In this document: piece by piece, positions 1 through 9,044 of the stretch
Layout of the letters: each line of letters begins with the position of its first letter
Numbering within the stretch: the first letter of the stretch is position 1
IMG/VR virus record: IMGVR_UViG_3300048851_000236
Location: 1-54,784 of that record
Length of the DNA stretch: 54,784 bases
Direction: 5' to 3' (one strand)
Source of the DNA: a virus
Taxonomy: Duplodnaviria > Caudoviricetes
Program-made: the position numbers and the translations under genes
The notes under the pieces: model-generated
Databases searched by the model: none
Told to the model about the DNA's origin: nothing
What the model saw: the letters and a program-made list of their open reading frames with translations, nothing else

Positions 1-1122
1 TCACCCGGCCTGGCTGACCGAAGCTGGCACAGGCCAGAGCCCCCAGACCCTGCGGATGGCGTCTTCGTGCCCGGAGGGCATGATGTGGGCGTAGCGCTCC
101 ACCAGGGCCGTGCTGGACCATCCGCCCTCGACCTTCAGGCGCAGGAGGTCGCGGTGCAGAGCATAGTGCCACGTCGCCCAGGTGTGCCGGAGATGGTGCG
201 GGCTGAAGTCAGGCTCGAAGTCCAGCGCGCGGGATGGCCTGTCGCTGCGCCGGCGCTCCTTCAGCTTGCCGGGCAGTTCTGCTTTCCGGCACGCCGTGGC
301 CCAAGCGCGCTTGGTCTGCCCGCCGCCCTTGCCGTCCTGCGTCAGCCGGTAGCCTTCGCCCTTCTGGGTGAGGAAGACCCGCTCGTGCTCCCGCTTAAGC
401 CCGGCCATCGATGCGACCACGGCCGGCGGAAGGTGCGCCACCCGGCGCGTGCCGCTTTTGGTCTCTCCCTCCCACAGGATGACCCGGGCCGCCTGCAGGT
501 CAGTGTCCGCCCATTGAAGCCGCAGGGCCTCGCCAAGGCGGCATCCGGTCCCGAGTAGGAAGAGGATCAGGGGGCGCAGGTGCGGCGCCGCCGCTTCCAT
601 CAGGGCCTCGGCCTGGTAGGGCAACAGGAAGGTGGTGCGGCCCTTGGGCTCTGCCGGAAGGTCGAAGGAGGGGGCCTGGCACCACTTCCGCTTGGCCGCG
701 TGGATCATGATCGCTCGAAGCGGCACGATGAGGTTACGCCTGACGGTGGCCGGGCTGGCGCCGGGCCGGAGCAGAGCCGCCCGCGCCTTGTCGACCGCTT
801 CCTGCCCGATCTTGTCCAGGTTGGTGTCGCGGAAGTGGAGCAGCAGGCGCCGCACCAGGGCCTTGGACCCGGGGCTGCGCTCCTGGTGCTTCAGGTAGGA
901 GAGCGCGGCGGCGCCGAAGCCCCGCGCGACCGCTTTCTCTCCGTGCCAGACGTTCCGGAGGAGTTGGGCTTCAAGGGCTGCAGCTTCTTCGCGAGCGAGG
1001 GCGGGGTCGTCAGAGCCAGCGCGGCGGCGAACTCTGACACCTTGGGTTTGGCCGGCAGGCTTGACGGTGCCGACGATCCATAGGGTTCCGGTGTCTTTTC
1101 GGCGCTCGACCTTGAGGGGCAT
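1..1122 (-). CDS. int: Tyrosine recombinase (phage integrase)
   Basis: Catalytic residues in order: GCRLGEAL (R), ETKSG (K), HHLRHTWA (HxxR), GGW, RYAH (Y). Confidence 0.95.
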   Translation of the reverse strand: MPLKVERRKDTGTLWIVGTVKPAGQTQGVRVRRRAGSDDPALAREEAAALEAQLLRNVWHGEKAVARGFGAAALSYLKHQERSPGSKALVRRLLLHFRDTNLDKIGQEAVDKARAALLRPGASPATVRRNLIVPLRAIMIHAAKRKWCQAPSFDLPAEPKGRTTFLLPYQAEALMEAAAPHLRPLILFLLGTGCRLGEALRLQWADTDLQAARVILWEGETKSGTRRVAHLPPAVVASMAGLKREHERVFLTQKGEGYRLTQDGKGGGQTKRAWATACRKAELPGKLKERRRSDRPSRALDFEPDFSPHHLRHTWATWHYALHRDLLRLKVEGGWSSTALVERYAHIMPSGHEDAIRRVWGLWPVPASVSQAG

Positions 1123-1286
1123 CGGGCGGCTTCTTTCAGAATAGCGATAGACGCGTCGTCAAAGAGGACCCTACGGCCCAGGCGAAGCACAGGGATCTGA
1201 TGGACCCGTTCCATCTCGATCATGTGACGGATTGAGATGCGGAACTGCTCGGCCACTTCCGCGCGGGTGAAGAGGCGTTCAGCCAT
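891..1286 (-). CDS. xis: Excisionase-like winged-helix DNA-binding protein
   Basis: N-terminal LFTRAEVAEQFRIS...IPVLRLGRRVLF pattern (HTH_17-like), directly upstream of int; Ser/Pro-rich tail overlaps int. Confidence 0.8.
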   Translation of the reverse strand: MAERLFTRAEVAEQFRISIRHMIEMERVHQIPVLRLGRRVLFDDASIAILKEAARCPSRSSAEKTPEPYGSSAPSSLPAKPKVSEFAAALALTTPPSLAKKLQPLKPNSSGTSGTERKRSRGASAPPRSPT

Positions 1287-1512
1287 CCGTGGCCTCCTCC
1301 GGCACCGCCACGGCGAGCCTCGCCACCAGGACCAGCAGGATCTCGTCCAGCGTGTAGACGACGTTCCCGAAGGCGAGGGCGGCCCAAAGGGGCGCGCCCG
1401 CCAGCTCCAGGATGGCGATGAAGATCACAGCCGAGAGGATCATCCGCACTCGCCGCCGCTCCGGGCTCATAGCCAACAGCTTGGAGGTGGCCTGTCCGAA
1501 TGGAGTGACCAT
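1279..1512 (-). CDS. Small membrane protein, hypothetical
   Basis: Hydrophobic segments; overlaps neighbouring starts/stops in the leftward operon. Confidence 0.55.
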   Translation of the reverse strand: MVTPFGQATSKLLAMSPERRRVRMILSAVIFIAILELAGAPLWAALAFGNVVYTLDEILLVLVARLAVAVPEEATDG

Positions 1513-2102
1513 CACGCCATCCTCGCCAGATGCCACAGGCCAAAGCCCAGCGCGCCGGATGCCACCCCAAAAAAACCGAGAGGCGCAAAGCTGGAATAGG
1601 CGATAGCGATCCACACCACAGCGAGGAGCGGGGCGGCTGCGGCCAGAGCCGGGAGAATGACGCGAGGATGGCGCCAGACCTGTTGCTCGGCCGCGGCATA
1701 GAACTTACCATCCAGGCCGCATTTGCCATAGCTCGCCCGCATGCTCTTCGCATAAGTGGCCTCAGGCTCGATCGCCGCCGACACCAGATGGTCGCCGCCG
1801 GTGATCGCCTCTGGGTGCCGGCATTTCCCGTACTCCCAGGCCTTCGGGCTCCGGATCACCTGCTTCCCGTCCATGCCACGGTTGGACCAGGGCGCCCCGG
1901 AAGGGCGAAACCAGACGCACCCGCTGCACAGCTTGTCGCAGCCTCCGCTGTTCTCGTTCGCCGCGCGCGGCAGGCGCTGCACGTCGCGCCGGTGGCGGGC
2001 TACCGACCATTCCAGGCGCATGAACTCGCGCCCGTCGTCGGACTGCCCGGTCACGATCTGGACGAAGCCGAGGGACCGGCGGGTGCTGACGAGATCAGCC
2101 AT
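1512..2102 (-). CDS. Hypothetical protein with Cys-rich motif (CxxCxxF...C...C) and C-terminal TM segments
   Basis: ORF track; coupled to neighbours; CSGCVWF...KCRHP...KCG. Confidence 0.6.
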   Translation of the reverse strand: MADLVSTRRSLGFVQIVTGQSDDGREFMRLEWSVARHRRDVQRLPRAANENSGGCDKLCSGCVWFRPSGAPWSNRGMDGKQVIRSPKAWEYGKCRHPEAITGGDHLVSAAIEPEATYAKSMRASYGKCGLDGKFYAAAEQQVWRHPRVILPALAAAAPLLAVVWIAIAYSSFAPLGFFGVASGALGFGLWHLARMA

Positions 2103-2673
2103 CAACCGCCACTCCTTGGTTCCGGATTTCGGTAAGGGCTTCGATTGCCCTGCTCTGTGCGATGCCAGTGCCCTTGGCGATGACCTCCAGCGCCTCCATG
2201 GCCACGTTGAGCGGGCTTTTCCTCTGCGTCGGGGCGCCGGTCAGCAGCCCCAGCTTCTCCCCACTCCGGAAGAGCTTGATGATCGGATAGTATTCCTGGG
2301 GCCAGGAAAGGCGCTCGTCGCGCGCATCCCAAAGCCACGCATAGGCCATGCGCAGATCCTGAAAGGCCTCTTGCAACTCGGCCAAGTCGACCGGGCACTG
2401 GTCCGAACCTTTGACGCTAAGCTTCGAACCTTCGGAGTTGAGGTCCGAAGGTTTGCCCGGCCATTCCAGCCCGGCGCCGACGTAGATCGCGCGGCAGAGT
2501 TCCGGAGCCTGCGCCGAATTCACGCCGTAGAAGTTGTGGCCTGGAGCCATGTTCAGGCCCAGGATAGCTATCGGCCCCGCGCCGGTGCTGGCTGCGCCGA
2601 CGACCAAGACATCGCCGTCGTGGTCCCTGAACACGAGGGCAAGGGTCGTCGGCGAGTTGGGTTTCTCGCTCAT
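2095..2673 (-). CDS. Hypothetical phage protein
   Basis: ATG 2673 overlaps the stop of the upstream ORF; protein-like composition. Confidence 0.65.
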   Translation of the reverse strand: MSEKPNSPTTLALVFRDHDGDVLVVGAASTGAGPIAILGLNMAPGHNFYGVNSAQAPELCRAIYVGAGLEWPGKPSDLNSEGSKLSVKGSDQCPVDLAELQEAFQDLRMAYAWLWDARDERLSWPQEYYPIIKLFRSGEKLGLLTGAPTQRKSPLNVAMEALEVIAKGTGIAQSRAIEALTEIRNQGVAVDG

Positions 2674-3200
2674 GCCGGCACCTTCTCGCGGCCAGCGGCC
2701 CGCCACTCCGCGATGTCAAGCATCGCTTCCAGAACCGGCACGCAGGGCGTCAAGCCTGCCTCGCGTGTTAGGCGCAGTGCCTCCGCTACCGATGCGGCGG
2801 GCGCATCTCCGAGGATCTCCCCGATTGATCTCAGGTTGAACCCATTGATCCAGAGGGCATTCAGCACCGCTGACGCAACTTCATCCTCTGCCAACTGAGC
2901 CACACCCAGCGACCGCAGCGTGTCTGCTATGGTGTCAAGGAGGGCGCCATTATCGCCCCTGCGCCGTTGCCCCTCGAATGACGCTTCCAGACCATCCTGC
3001 ACGCGCATGGTCTGCGTGACGGAATGAAGTGAAATCTGAGCGCGGCGCATGGCCGCTCCGTACGCCTTGGCCTCTGGATCGCGCGCGCGAAGCAGGGCGT
3101 CGGCCTCGCTTCCTAGCAGCTTCTGAGCCAGCCAGAGATCCAAGGTGGAGACATTGGCGAAGTAGCGTTGGCGAAAGGCGGCGAAGCTCTTCGAGGTCAT
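2670..3200 (-). CDS. Hypothetical phage protein
   Basis: ATG at 3200 with GGAG upstream; ATGA overlap downstream. Confidence 0.65.
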   Translation of the reverse strand: MTSKSFAAFRQRYFANVSTLDLWLAQKLLGSEADALLRARDPEAKAYGAAMRRAQISLHSVTQTMRVQDGLEASFEGQRRRGDNGALLDTIADTLRSLGVAQLAEDEVASAVLNALWINGFNLRSIGEILGDAPAASVAEALRLTREAGLTPCVPVLEAMLDIAEWRAAGREKVPA

Positions 3201-3307
3201 GCGCGGTTCTCCGCAGGCGCCGGTGGAGGCGGGGCCTTCTTCGCCTCCGCCATCTTCTGCATCGCGTTCGCCACGACCCTGGCGATGGGGGCGCTGATGT
3301 GCTCCAT
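3197..3307 (-). CDS. 36-aa hypothetical protein (MEHISAPIARVVANAMQKMAEAKKAPPPPAPAENRA)
   Basis: Not in the ORF track; read directly; start and stop overlap both neighbours. Confidence 0.5.
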   Translation of the reverse strand: MEHISAPIARVVANAMQKMAEAKKAPPPPAPAENRA

Positions 3308-4611
3308 CAGATCGTCCCCTGTCGCGCATCAATGCGCTCCTCGTCAGCCTGGGCGGCTTCCAAGTTCGGCTCCAGCGGGTCGATACGCAGGGGCATGTAC
3401 TTGTCCCGCAGGTCGAGCACGAACTGATCGGTGACAAGCCCTATCAGGACGTGCACGGCAGAGTAGAGGCACCGGCGCTGGCGCTCCTGGCGGATGCTGG
3501 TCTCGATTGGCGTGAAGTCGGAGGCGCGGAAATCCTCAGCGATCCGTCCGGCATTGATCAGCGCAAGCGCCGCCTCATTCAGGCCATCAGCACGATAGTT
3601 GGTGGCCATGTCCATCGCGTCGAACTCGCGGCTGGTCATAAGGTCGTAGAGCCGCGAAGCATGACGCTTCTGGTCGTCGTTGAAGGCGCTCTTGCCCATC
3701 TTGAGGGCCATGGCTTGGCCGGCGAGTGCGCTGCCGATTTCTTGCATCAGAAGCGGGATCGTACTGGACGGTTTTGGGCACTCCTCAGATGTGAGGACCG
3801 GTTCAACTGCGGACATTCCCGCAGTTTCGGTCTGCCTGCGAGCAAACGCGCCTTTGGTGGGCACGCCCAGGATCTCGCTTAGGTCGCGAAGGATCATGCT
3901 TTCCAGGCGCTCGTCAGCATCAGCGCCGGGGCTTCTCGCGCACCCGTCATAGTCGTTTTCCGGCTCCATGGTGATGAGGGAGCGGAGGCGGGCGGCCAAG
4001 CCGGCCGCTGTCGTGGCGCGGCGCTTCGCTAGGCGCTCGAATATCGGCTTCTTGGCGGCCTGGATCGGATCTGATGCCTGGTTGAACTCATCGTTGCTCA
4101 GGCCTTTGTCGAACAGGGCAAACCACTGCCGCTCCAGAGCATCCAGGCGCTCATGGTCCGCGATCAGCTCGGCGTCGGAGCCTTCCAGGTTCAACCCGGT
4201 GCCGAGGCGCAGCAGATCGTTGACGATGTGCCAAGCCCAGTCGGCCGCAGGTGTGTTGTCCGGGGCGTCTTTGCCATCGAGGCCCTCGGCTTCAAACTTC
4301 GCCGCTCTAGCCTTCGCGAGAATGCCGCGGATGCCCACGGGCTTGGCGTCATAGAGGGCGTCGCGGGTCTTCTCGTAGGCAGCCCAGAGGGGGTCGTCCT
4401 CTGGCTCTTTATAGCCGCCATCACGGTTGTAAGCGGCCCGGCTAGCATTATGCTGCGCAGCCAACTGTTCGATCAAAGCGTCAGGATCATCCTGCGCCTC
4501 GGCGTTGGTCTCGCGACGGGTCTGCTTGGGAGCCTTTGCCGCGACCGCGGTCACAGCCTTCGGGGCGGTGAAAGCGGAGGCCTTCTTGGTGGCCGTTTTG
4601 GTGCGGGTCAT
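3307..4611 (-). CDS. Helical-repeat phage protein, hypothetical
   Basis: 434 aa; repeated (P/A)xxxxGxxA(K/R)xR-like motif. Confidence 0.75.
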   Translation of the reverse strand: MTRTKTATKKASAFTAPKAVTAVAAKAPKQTRRETNAEAQDDPDALIEQLAAQHNASRAAYNRDGGYKEPEDDPLWAAYEKTRDALYDAKPVGIRGILAKARAAKFEAEGLDGKDAPDNTPAADWAWHIVNDLLRLGTGLNLEGSDAELIADHERLDALERQWFALFDKGLSNDEFNQASDPIQAAKKPIFERLAKRRATTAAGLAARLRSLITMEPENDYDGCARSPGADADERLESMILRDLSEILGVPTKGAFARRQTETAGMSAVEPVLTSEECPKPSSTIPLLMQEIGSALAGQAMALKMGKSAFNDDQKRHASRLYDLMTSREFDAMDMATNYRADGLNEAALALINAGRIAEDFRASDFTPIETSIRQERQRRCLYSAVHVLIGLVTDQFVLDLRDKYMPLRIDPLEPNLEAAQADEERIDARQGTI

Positions 4612-4880
4612 GCCACGCGCTCCAGACGGCCGGAGAACAGGCCGGCGCCGCCGAACAGGCGCTGGAACAGGGAGGGCGGGGCAGGGCGTGTCGCGGCAGC
4701 CCGGCGGTCAGCCGTAGCCGCGGAGGAAAGCCAATACTGCGCTTCCAGGTGGTCGCCACGGGCCGAAGCCTCGGCGGAACGGGTGCGGCAGCGAGCGGCT
4801 GCGGCGCTGGAGGCGAAGGCCAGACCCTTCTGGGGCTGTGCGGTCCCGCTGCGCGGCGGGGTAGTGAGGCGAGCTTTCAT
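4608..4880 (-). CDS. First gene of leftward early operon, hypothetical
   Basis: GGAGG RBS before ATG 4880; ATGA overlap with the next gene. Confidence 0.6.
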   Translation of the reverse strand: MKARLTTPPRSGTAQPQKGLAFASSAAAARCRTRSAEASARGDHLEAQYWLSSAATADRRAAATRPAPPSLFQRLFGGAGLFSGRLERVA

Positions 4881-4900
4881 GGATGCCTCCGGGGATTGTG

Positions 4901-4949
4901 GGGGAAACATGCCCCGCCTCCGGCCCGGACATCAAGGGGAAAAATACAC
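4901..4949 (-). promoter_or_regulatory. PL-like promoter with two operator copies
   Basis: GGGGAAACATGCCC (4901-4914) and GGGGAAAAATACAC (4936-4949) resemble boxes between cI and cro; TTGATG-N18-CATGTT on the minus strand. Confidence 0.55.
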
Positions 4950-5009
4950 CATCTTCCTCCTTGATGCGACACTATGCCCCATGTTCTCTTTCCGTTCTGT
5001 TAAAGGGAG

Positions 5010-5297
5010 ATGCGCGGAATGCCGATGTTTGAGCTTGAGCCGGTCGAAAAGATGCGCTGGCATGCCGCCTGGGCGGTCTGCGACGACGCGACCGGCTGCG
5101 TGGTGGGCGCGGAGGATGAAGGCCACGCGCGGCGCCTGGCGGCCAAGTTTTTCATCAAGCGGGCGCAGATGGCAGTTGAGGTCGCGGACCCTTGGGCGCG
5201 TCAGGATCTGGTGAAGGTTCGGCAGCTCAACTCCGCCCGTGGGCTGGACCTCCCCTTGGGGCAGGTAATACCGGTCATGCCCTGGGTGGTCGGCTAG
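5010..5297 (+). CDS. Small hypothetical protein convergent with cI (start uncertain)
   Basis: ORF track; GGGAG RBS; fills the gap between PL and cI. Confidence 0.55.
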   Translation: MRGMPMFELEPVEKMRWHAAWAVCDDATGCVVGAEDEGHARRLAAKFFIKRAQMAVEVADPWARQDLVKVRQLNSARGLDLPLGQVIPVMPWVVG

Positions 5298-5324
5298 GCC
5301 AGTTCAGTGGAAAACGGCCGCGCG

Positions 5325-6311
5325 CTACCCGCCGATGCTCCGGCTGATCCAGATCAGGCGGCCGAGCACAATGACGCTGCCTTCCTCCACGCCAGTGGAG
5401 GAGGCATAGGCAGGGTTGTCGCTGCTGATCGTCAGGGTCTTGGTTTTCCAGTCACGGGTGATCCGCTTCACCTGCACTTCGTAGCCGGAGGTAATGACGT
5501 ACAGCCCGTCTCGCCCAATCTGGCGGATGGACCGGTCAATGAGCACCAAGTCGCCGTGCTGCAAGGTCGGGGCCATACTGTCGCCCGACACCTTCACGAT
5601 CGCCAGCTGGTTCGGCTCCGCACGGGTGAGGGTCCGAAGCTGGTCAACGCCGAAGAGCGTCCACGCTTCCGGCTTGGCGCCGTCATTGTCAAGCAAGCCA
5701 GCGTCCGCCAGCACCGTGGCATCATAGATGGGCAGCGAGACATAAGCCTGACCGTGATGCTCGATACTTGGGCCGGCTGCGGGGACAAGCTGGTTTGTCT
5801 GGGTGCCAGTCTCGGCGACGGGCCCGCCTACAACGTCACCATCGGCGATGGAAGTCCCAGGATCGGACCGCCCAAACAGAATTGCGGAGCGGTTAACGTG
5901 GAGAACAGCGGCCAGCTCGTGGATTTCCCGATCGGAGGGTTTGCGCTCTCCTATCTCTATTCGCTGCAGCTCCTCCGGCGGTAGGCCGACGGCCAGAGCC
6001 AGATCAACGATGCTTTTGCCGCGGATTTCTCGGAGCCTGCGGACCCTCTCGCCCATACGCCGAGCGGGGATCCTTGGCGACCTTCCATGACCTTCCTCCT
6101 CCGCAGAGCCAAGCAACTCATTGACCGACTTTCCCATAGCGTCCGCGAGTGCTCGCAGCGTTGCCCCGCGAGGGCTCTGTGATCGGCCGCTCAGGATCTG
6201 AGAAACCCCTTTTTCATTCAGCCCGGCCCTGAGCGAAAGCTCGCGTTCGGACATCCGGTTGGCGTCTAACCACTCGCGGATCTGGGTCTGAAGCAGGTTC
6301 TTGTCACTCAT
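5325..6311 (-). CDS. cI: CI-like repressor: two XRE HTH domains plus S24 autopeptidase
   Basis: HTH1 SERELSLRAGLNEKGVSQIL, HTH2 SIVDLALAVGLPPEELQRIEIGERKP; S24 motifs VSGDSMAP and VQVKRI. Confidence 0.92.
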   Translation of the reverse strand: MSDKNLLQTQIREWLDANRMSERELSLRAGLNEKGVSQILSGRSQSPRGATLRALADAMGKSVNELLGSAEEEGHGRSPRIPARRMGERVRRLREIRGKSIVDLALAVGLPPEELQRIEIGERKPSDREIHELAAVLHVNRSAILFGRSDPGTSIADGDVVGGPVAETGTQTNQLVPAAGPSIEHHGQAYVSLPIYDATVLADAGLLDNDGAKPEAWTLFGVDQLRTLTRAEPNQLAIVKVSGDSMAPTLQHGDLVLIDRSIRQIGRDGLYVITSGYEVQVKRITRDWKTKTLTISSDNPAYASSTGVEEGSVIVLGRLIWISRSIGG

Positions 6312-6312
6312 G

Positions 6313-6390
6313 GGGGAAAGTTATCCGATCAGGCGAAGCGCAGCATGGGAGATGTTTCCCCTTGTCTCCAGGATAGAAATCCCCCAGCAT
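6313..6390. promoter_or_regulatory. OR-like switch: three operator boxes and divergent PR/PRM-like promoters
   Basis: GGGGAAAGTTATCC 6313-6326, GGAGATGTTTCCCC 6348-6361, GGATAGAAATCCCC 6371-6384; TTGTCT-N17-CAGCAT on +. Confidence 0.65.
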
Positions 6391-6397
6391 GGGGGAC

Positions 6398-6619
6398 ATG
6401 AACACCAGAGTTCACCTTCTTGACCGGATATCCGACTATCTGACCCAGACGGGGCAGACCGAGCGGCAGTTCGGCCTCGCGGTGACGGGCGACCACAAGT
6501 GGGTCGCGCGGCTCCGGAGCGGCAAAGTCAGCTTGCGCAGCATCGAGCGGGCGGAGGCGATTATTGCCGAACCCGGCGCCGAGACCGGCCTTTGCGTTCA
6601 CTCTGCCGAGGCTGTGTGA
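6398..6619 (+). CDS. cro: Cro-like HTH protein
   Basis: Divergent from cI; TERQFGLAVTGDHKWVARLRSG helix-turn-helix pattern. Confidence 0.85.
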   Translation: MNTRVHLLDRISDYLTQTGQTERQFGLAVTGDHKWVARLRSGKVSLRSIERAEAIIAEPGAETGLCVHSAEAV

Positions 6620-6887
6620 TGCAAGCCTCTAAGCCATCAGCGTCAGCGGGCGAGATGCTTGCGCCGATCCAGCCCAGCCCGGGATGGTGGATGCAAAGCT
6701 GCGCACCGTCCTCCGCGCGGTTCACCTGCCACCCATCGGCCAGGACGATCCGGGAGGCCGGGAACATCACCGGCATCCTCCGCGGCGTCAGGGCGGCGCG
6801 AGCGGCGACCAGGTTCCAGATCGCTTCCTCCAACTCGACGGCGCTGAGGGTCACGACCTCAGTCCCGCCGGCGGTGATCTGCGCCAT
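6561..6887 (-). CDS. Hypothetical protein inserted antisense in the early right operon
   Basis: GGAG RBS before ATG 6887; protein-like composition. Confidence 0.55.
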   Translation of the reverse strand: MAQITAGGTEVVTLSAVELEEAIWNLVAARAALTPRRMPVMFPASRIVLADGWQVNRAEDGAQLCIHHPGLGWIGASISPADADGLEACITQPRQSERKGRSRRRVRQ

Positions 6888-7063
6888 CTGTCCGTCTCCG
6901 CTCACGCCGCACTTCAGTTCCATCTCGATCTCCTCTGCTCACTCGGTTGCTGCTCTCGACAAGCGGAACCGTAGGAAAAAGGAGGTCGTGAATGTTGGGT
7001 CTTCAAATCATGCGCTTGGGCGGCTCGCCCAAGATCTTGGGCCTGCTTCCAAAGGGTGCGGGG

Positions 7064-7453
7064 ATGTCACGCGCTGACGCAATCCGATCCGAAATGGCCG
7101 AGATCGTCCAGGAGGCGGCGGAGCCGTTTCTGACGCTCGGCGTGAAGGCTGCGCTGACCAACGCAGCGAAATTGCTCGGTCTTACCCCGCGTAGGGCCGA
7201 GGCCTACCGCCACGGCGAAGTCCGCATGGTCCCAGCCTGGGAGATGGAGGAGCTTCGTCTCCGCCGCCAGCAGCTGCGTGAACAGCGGATCGCCCGTCTC
7301 GAACACGAGCTTGCAGTGCTCCAGGCACTGCGAAAGGAACCCGATGAAGGTAATCGCCAGACTGTTCAGGGGTTTGGGCGACTTGGCGACGGGGGCCGGT
7401 CTGGGTGCCGCGAAGTTCGCTCGCATGTGCTATCGGATTGCGCAGTGGGCTGA
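7064..7453 (+). CDS. CII-like HTH regulator
   Basis: Position after cro; VKAALTNAAKLLGLTPRRAEAYRHGEVR HTH followed by a coiled coil. Confidence 0.6.
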   Translation: MSRADAIRSEMAEIVQEAAEPFLTLGVKAALTNAAKLLGLTPRRAEAYRHGEVRMVPAWEMEELRLRRQQLREQRIARLEHELAVLQALRKEPDEGNRQTVQGFGRLGDGGRSGCREVRSHVLSDCAVG

Positions 7454-7463
7454 CCGCACATGA
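7344..7463 (+). CDS. Small hypothetical protein
   Basis: AAGGA RBS; stop overlaps the start of 7460 ORF. Confidence 0.4.
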   Translation: MKVIARLFRGLGDLATGAGLGAAKFARMCYRIAQWADRT

Positions 7464-8725
7464 GCGCCACCCTCCGTACCCGCGACGGGTCGTTCTCCGC
7501 GGTGGCGGCGCACCATGCTGGCGTGGATGCCCGGCTCGGCACTGTGCTGGTCGATCTTGATGACGTGCTGGATTGGGCCGAGGCGCAGAAGCTCCCTCTC
7601 GTTCATGGCGAGGCGCCGGCCAATGCTGTGGCCCGTGTCAATGTCTTGCGCCGAGAGTACGAGCTGCCCCTGTTCCGGTTGAAGCAAAAGGCCGGGGCTG
7701 CTCGGCAGGTGCCGGCAGGAGCCGGCAGGACAACCGTAGCTCGGCAGGCTGCCCCCGTGCTGGCAAGCCCGGCAGCACGGACCGTGACGGCGGCACCTGC
7801 CGAAACTACCGCGATCCCGGTAGTTGATCCGGCTCCCACAGTCGGCGGCAAGTCTCATGGTGAGATAGCGGGAATTCCCGCTATCGCCTCCACCGAAGAC
7901 GAGCTTCTGTCCCTGGTGACCGACTACGACGGCACCAAGACAGGCCTTGTCACACCTGCGGTGGCGCGCTGGCTCCTGGCCCTGAACACTGGCAATCGCC
8001 CCATGCAGAAGGGCGCCGTGGATCGCTTCATTGGCATCCTGCGGGACGGGCAGTGGATCAACACCGGGGAGGCGATTATCGTCTCCAAGGAAGGCGTCCT
8101 GAACGACGGGCAGCATCGGCTGGCGGCGATCCAGGAGAGCGGCATCCCGGCCCCGTGCGATGTCCGCTTCGGCATTGCTCGCGCGGCCTTCATTGCTACC
8201 AACCAGGGGCTGCGGCGCACGACGGGGCAGGCGCTGGCGCTCGCTGGCGGCAAGCATGCCTCGGCTCAGGCAGCGGTGGCGAGGCTCTTATGCCACTACG
8301 ACGCCCGGCAGATGGCCCGCGCCCAGATGCAGGTCGAGCCCGCCCAGGTGATCAAGGTGGTGGCGGACAATCCGCAGGTCCTGCAGGTGGTTGAGGCGCA
8401 GAAGAAAGGCCGCTTCGCTCCGTCGCGAACGGCGCCGGTGGGCATGATCCTCTCTGTGGCGGCCCGCACCGTACCGATGGAGAAGGTGGTCTCCTTCCTC
8501 CATGTCCTCGACACCGGCTTGGCCGATGACGAGACCAACCCCGCCCGCCGGCTCCACGTCCGCCTTCGCGATGCTGCGATAGCTCGCGAGCGTCTGTCCC
8601 AGATCGACATGGCGGCCCTGACGGCCCGGGCTTGGAATGCTTGGCACGCTGGCAGAACCCTCCAGCATCTGCGCATCGACGGCGACGACCGGACGAGCAG
8701 CGGCTTCCCGGAGGTGGCCGCCTGA
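7460..8725 (+). CDS. ParB/Srx-like (DGQHR motif) phage protein
   Basis: NTGNRP...GQW...GEAI...LNDGQHRLAAI motif. Confidence 0.75.
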   Translation: MSATLRTRDGSFSAVAAHHAGVDARLGTVLVDLDDVLDWAEAQKLPLVHGEAPANAVARVNVLRREYELPLFRLKQKAGAARQVPAGAGRTTVARQAAPVLASPAARTVTAAPAETTAIPVVDPAPTVGGKSHGEIAGIPAIASTEDELLSLVTDYDGTKTGLVTPAVARWLLALNTGNRPMQKGAVDRFIGILRDGQWINTGEAIIVSKEGVLNDGQHRLAAIQESGIPAPCDVRFGIARAAFIATNQGLRRTTGQALALAGGKHASAQAAVARLLCHYDARQMARAQMQVEPAQVIKVVADNPQVLQVVEAQKKGRFAPSRTAPVGMILSVAARTVPMEKVVSFLHVLDTGLADDETNPARRLHVRLRDAAIARERLSQIDMAALTARAWNAWHAGRTLQHLRIDGDDRTSSGFPEVAA

Positions 8726-9033
8726 TGTCCGGCTTCCAACTCAAGGATATGACGGGGAACCTGTTCCGCAACGACCGCGCGACCAGCCCGAAGCATCCCA
8801 GTCACCGCGGCACCCTGCTGATCGACGGCAAGACCTACGAGGTTGCGGCGTGGATCAAGGAAGGCGCGCGTGGGCGGTTCTTCTCCCTTCAGGTGACCGC
8901 CCCGAAGGAAGGCGCGGCGCCGGTAGCCGACGGTGCGCCGCGGCGTCGGACGCCCGGAGAGTACCCGGAGCCGCCGAAGAACAAGGGCGGCCCCCGCCGG
9001 CCGCTCAGCAATCGCGAGGACATTCCATTTTGA
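8725..9033 (+). CDS. Small ssDNA-binding-like protein (DUF736-like) with SSB-type acidic tail
   Basis: GNLFRND...HPSHRG...VAAWIKEG...FFSL pattern; C-terminus EDIPF. Confidence 0.65.
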   Translation: MSGFQLKDMTGNLFRNDRATSPKHPSHRGTLLIDGKTYEVAAWIKEGARGRFFSLQVTAPKEGAAPVADGAPRRRTPGEYPEPPKNKGGPRRPLSNREDIPF

Positions 9034-9044
9034 CGGGCGGGCAC

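Noticed and set aside
4505-4717. Plus-strand ORF with Tat-like SRRVCL leader
   Set aside because: Antisense to two coupled early genes, no RBS, Arg/Gly-rich non-protein-like tail
8637-9044. Extended N-terminus of the replicase
   Set aside because: Overlaps two genuine genes; prim-pol motifs begin after ATG 9045
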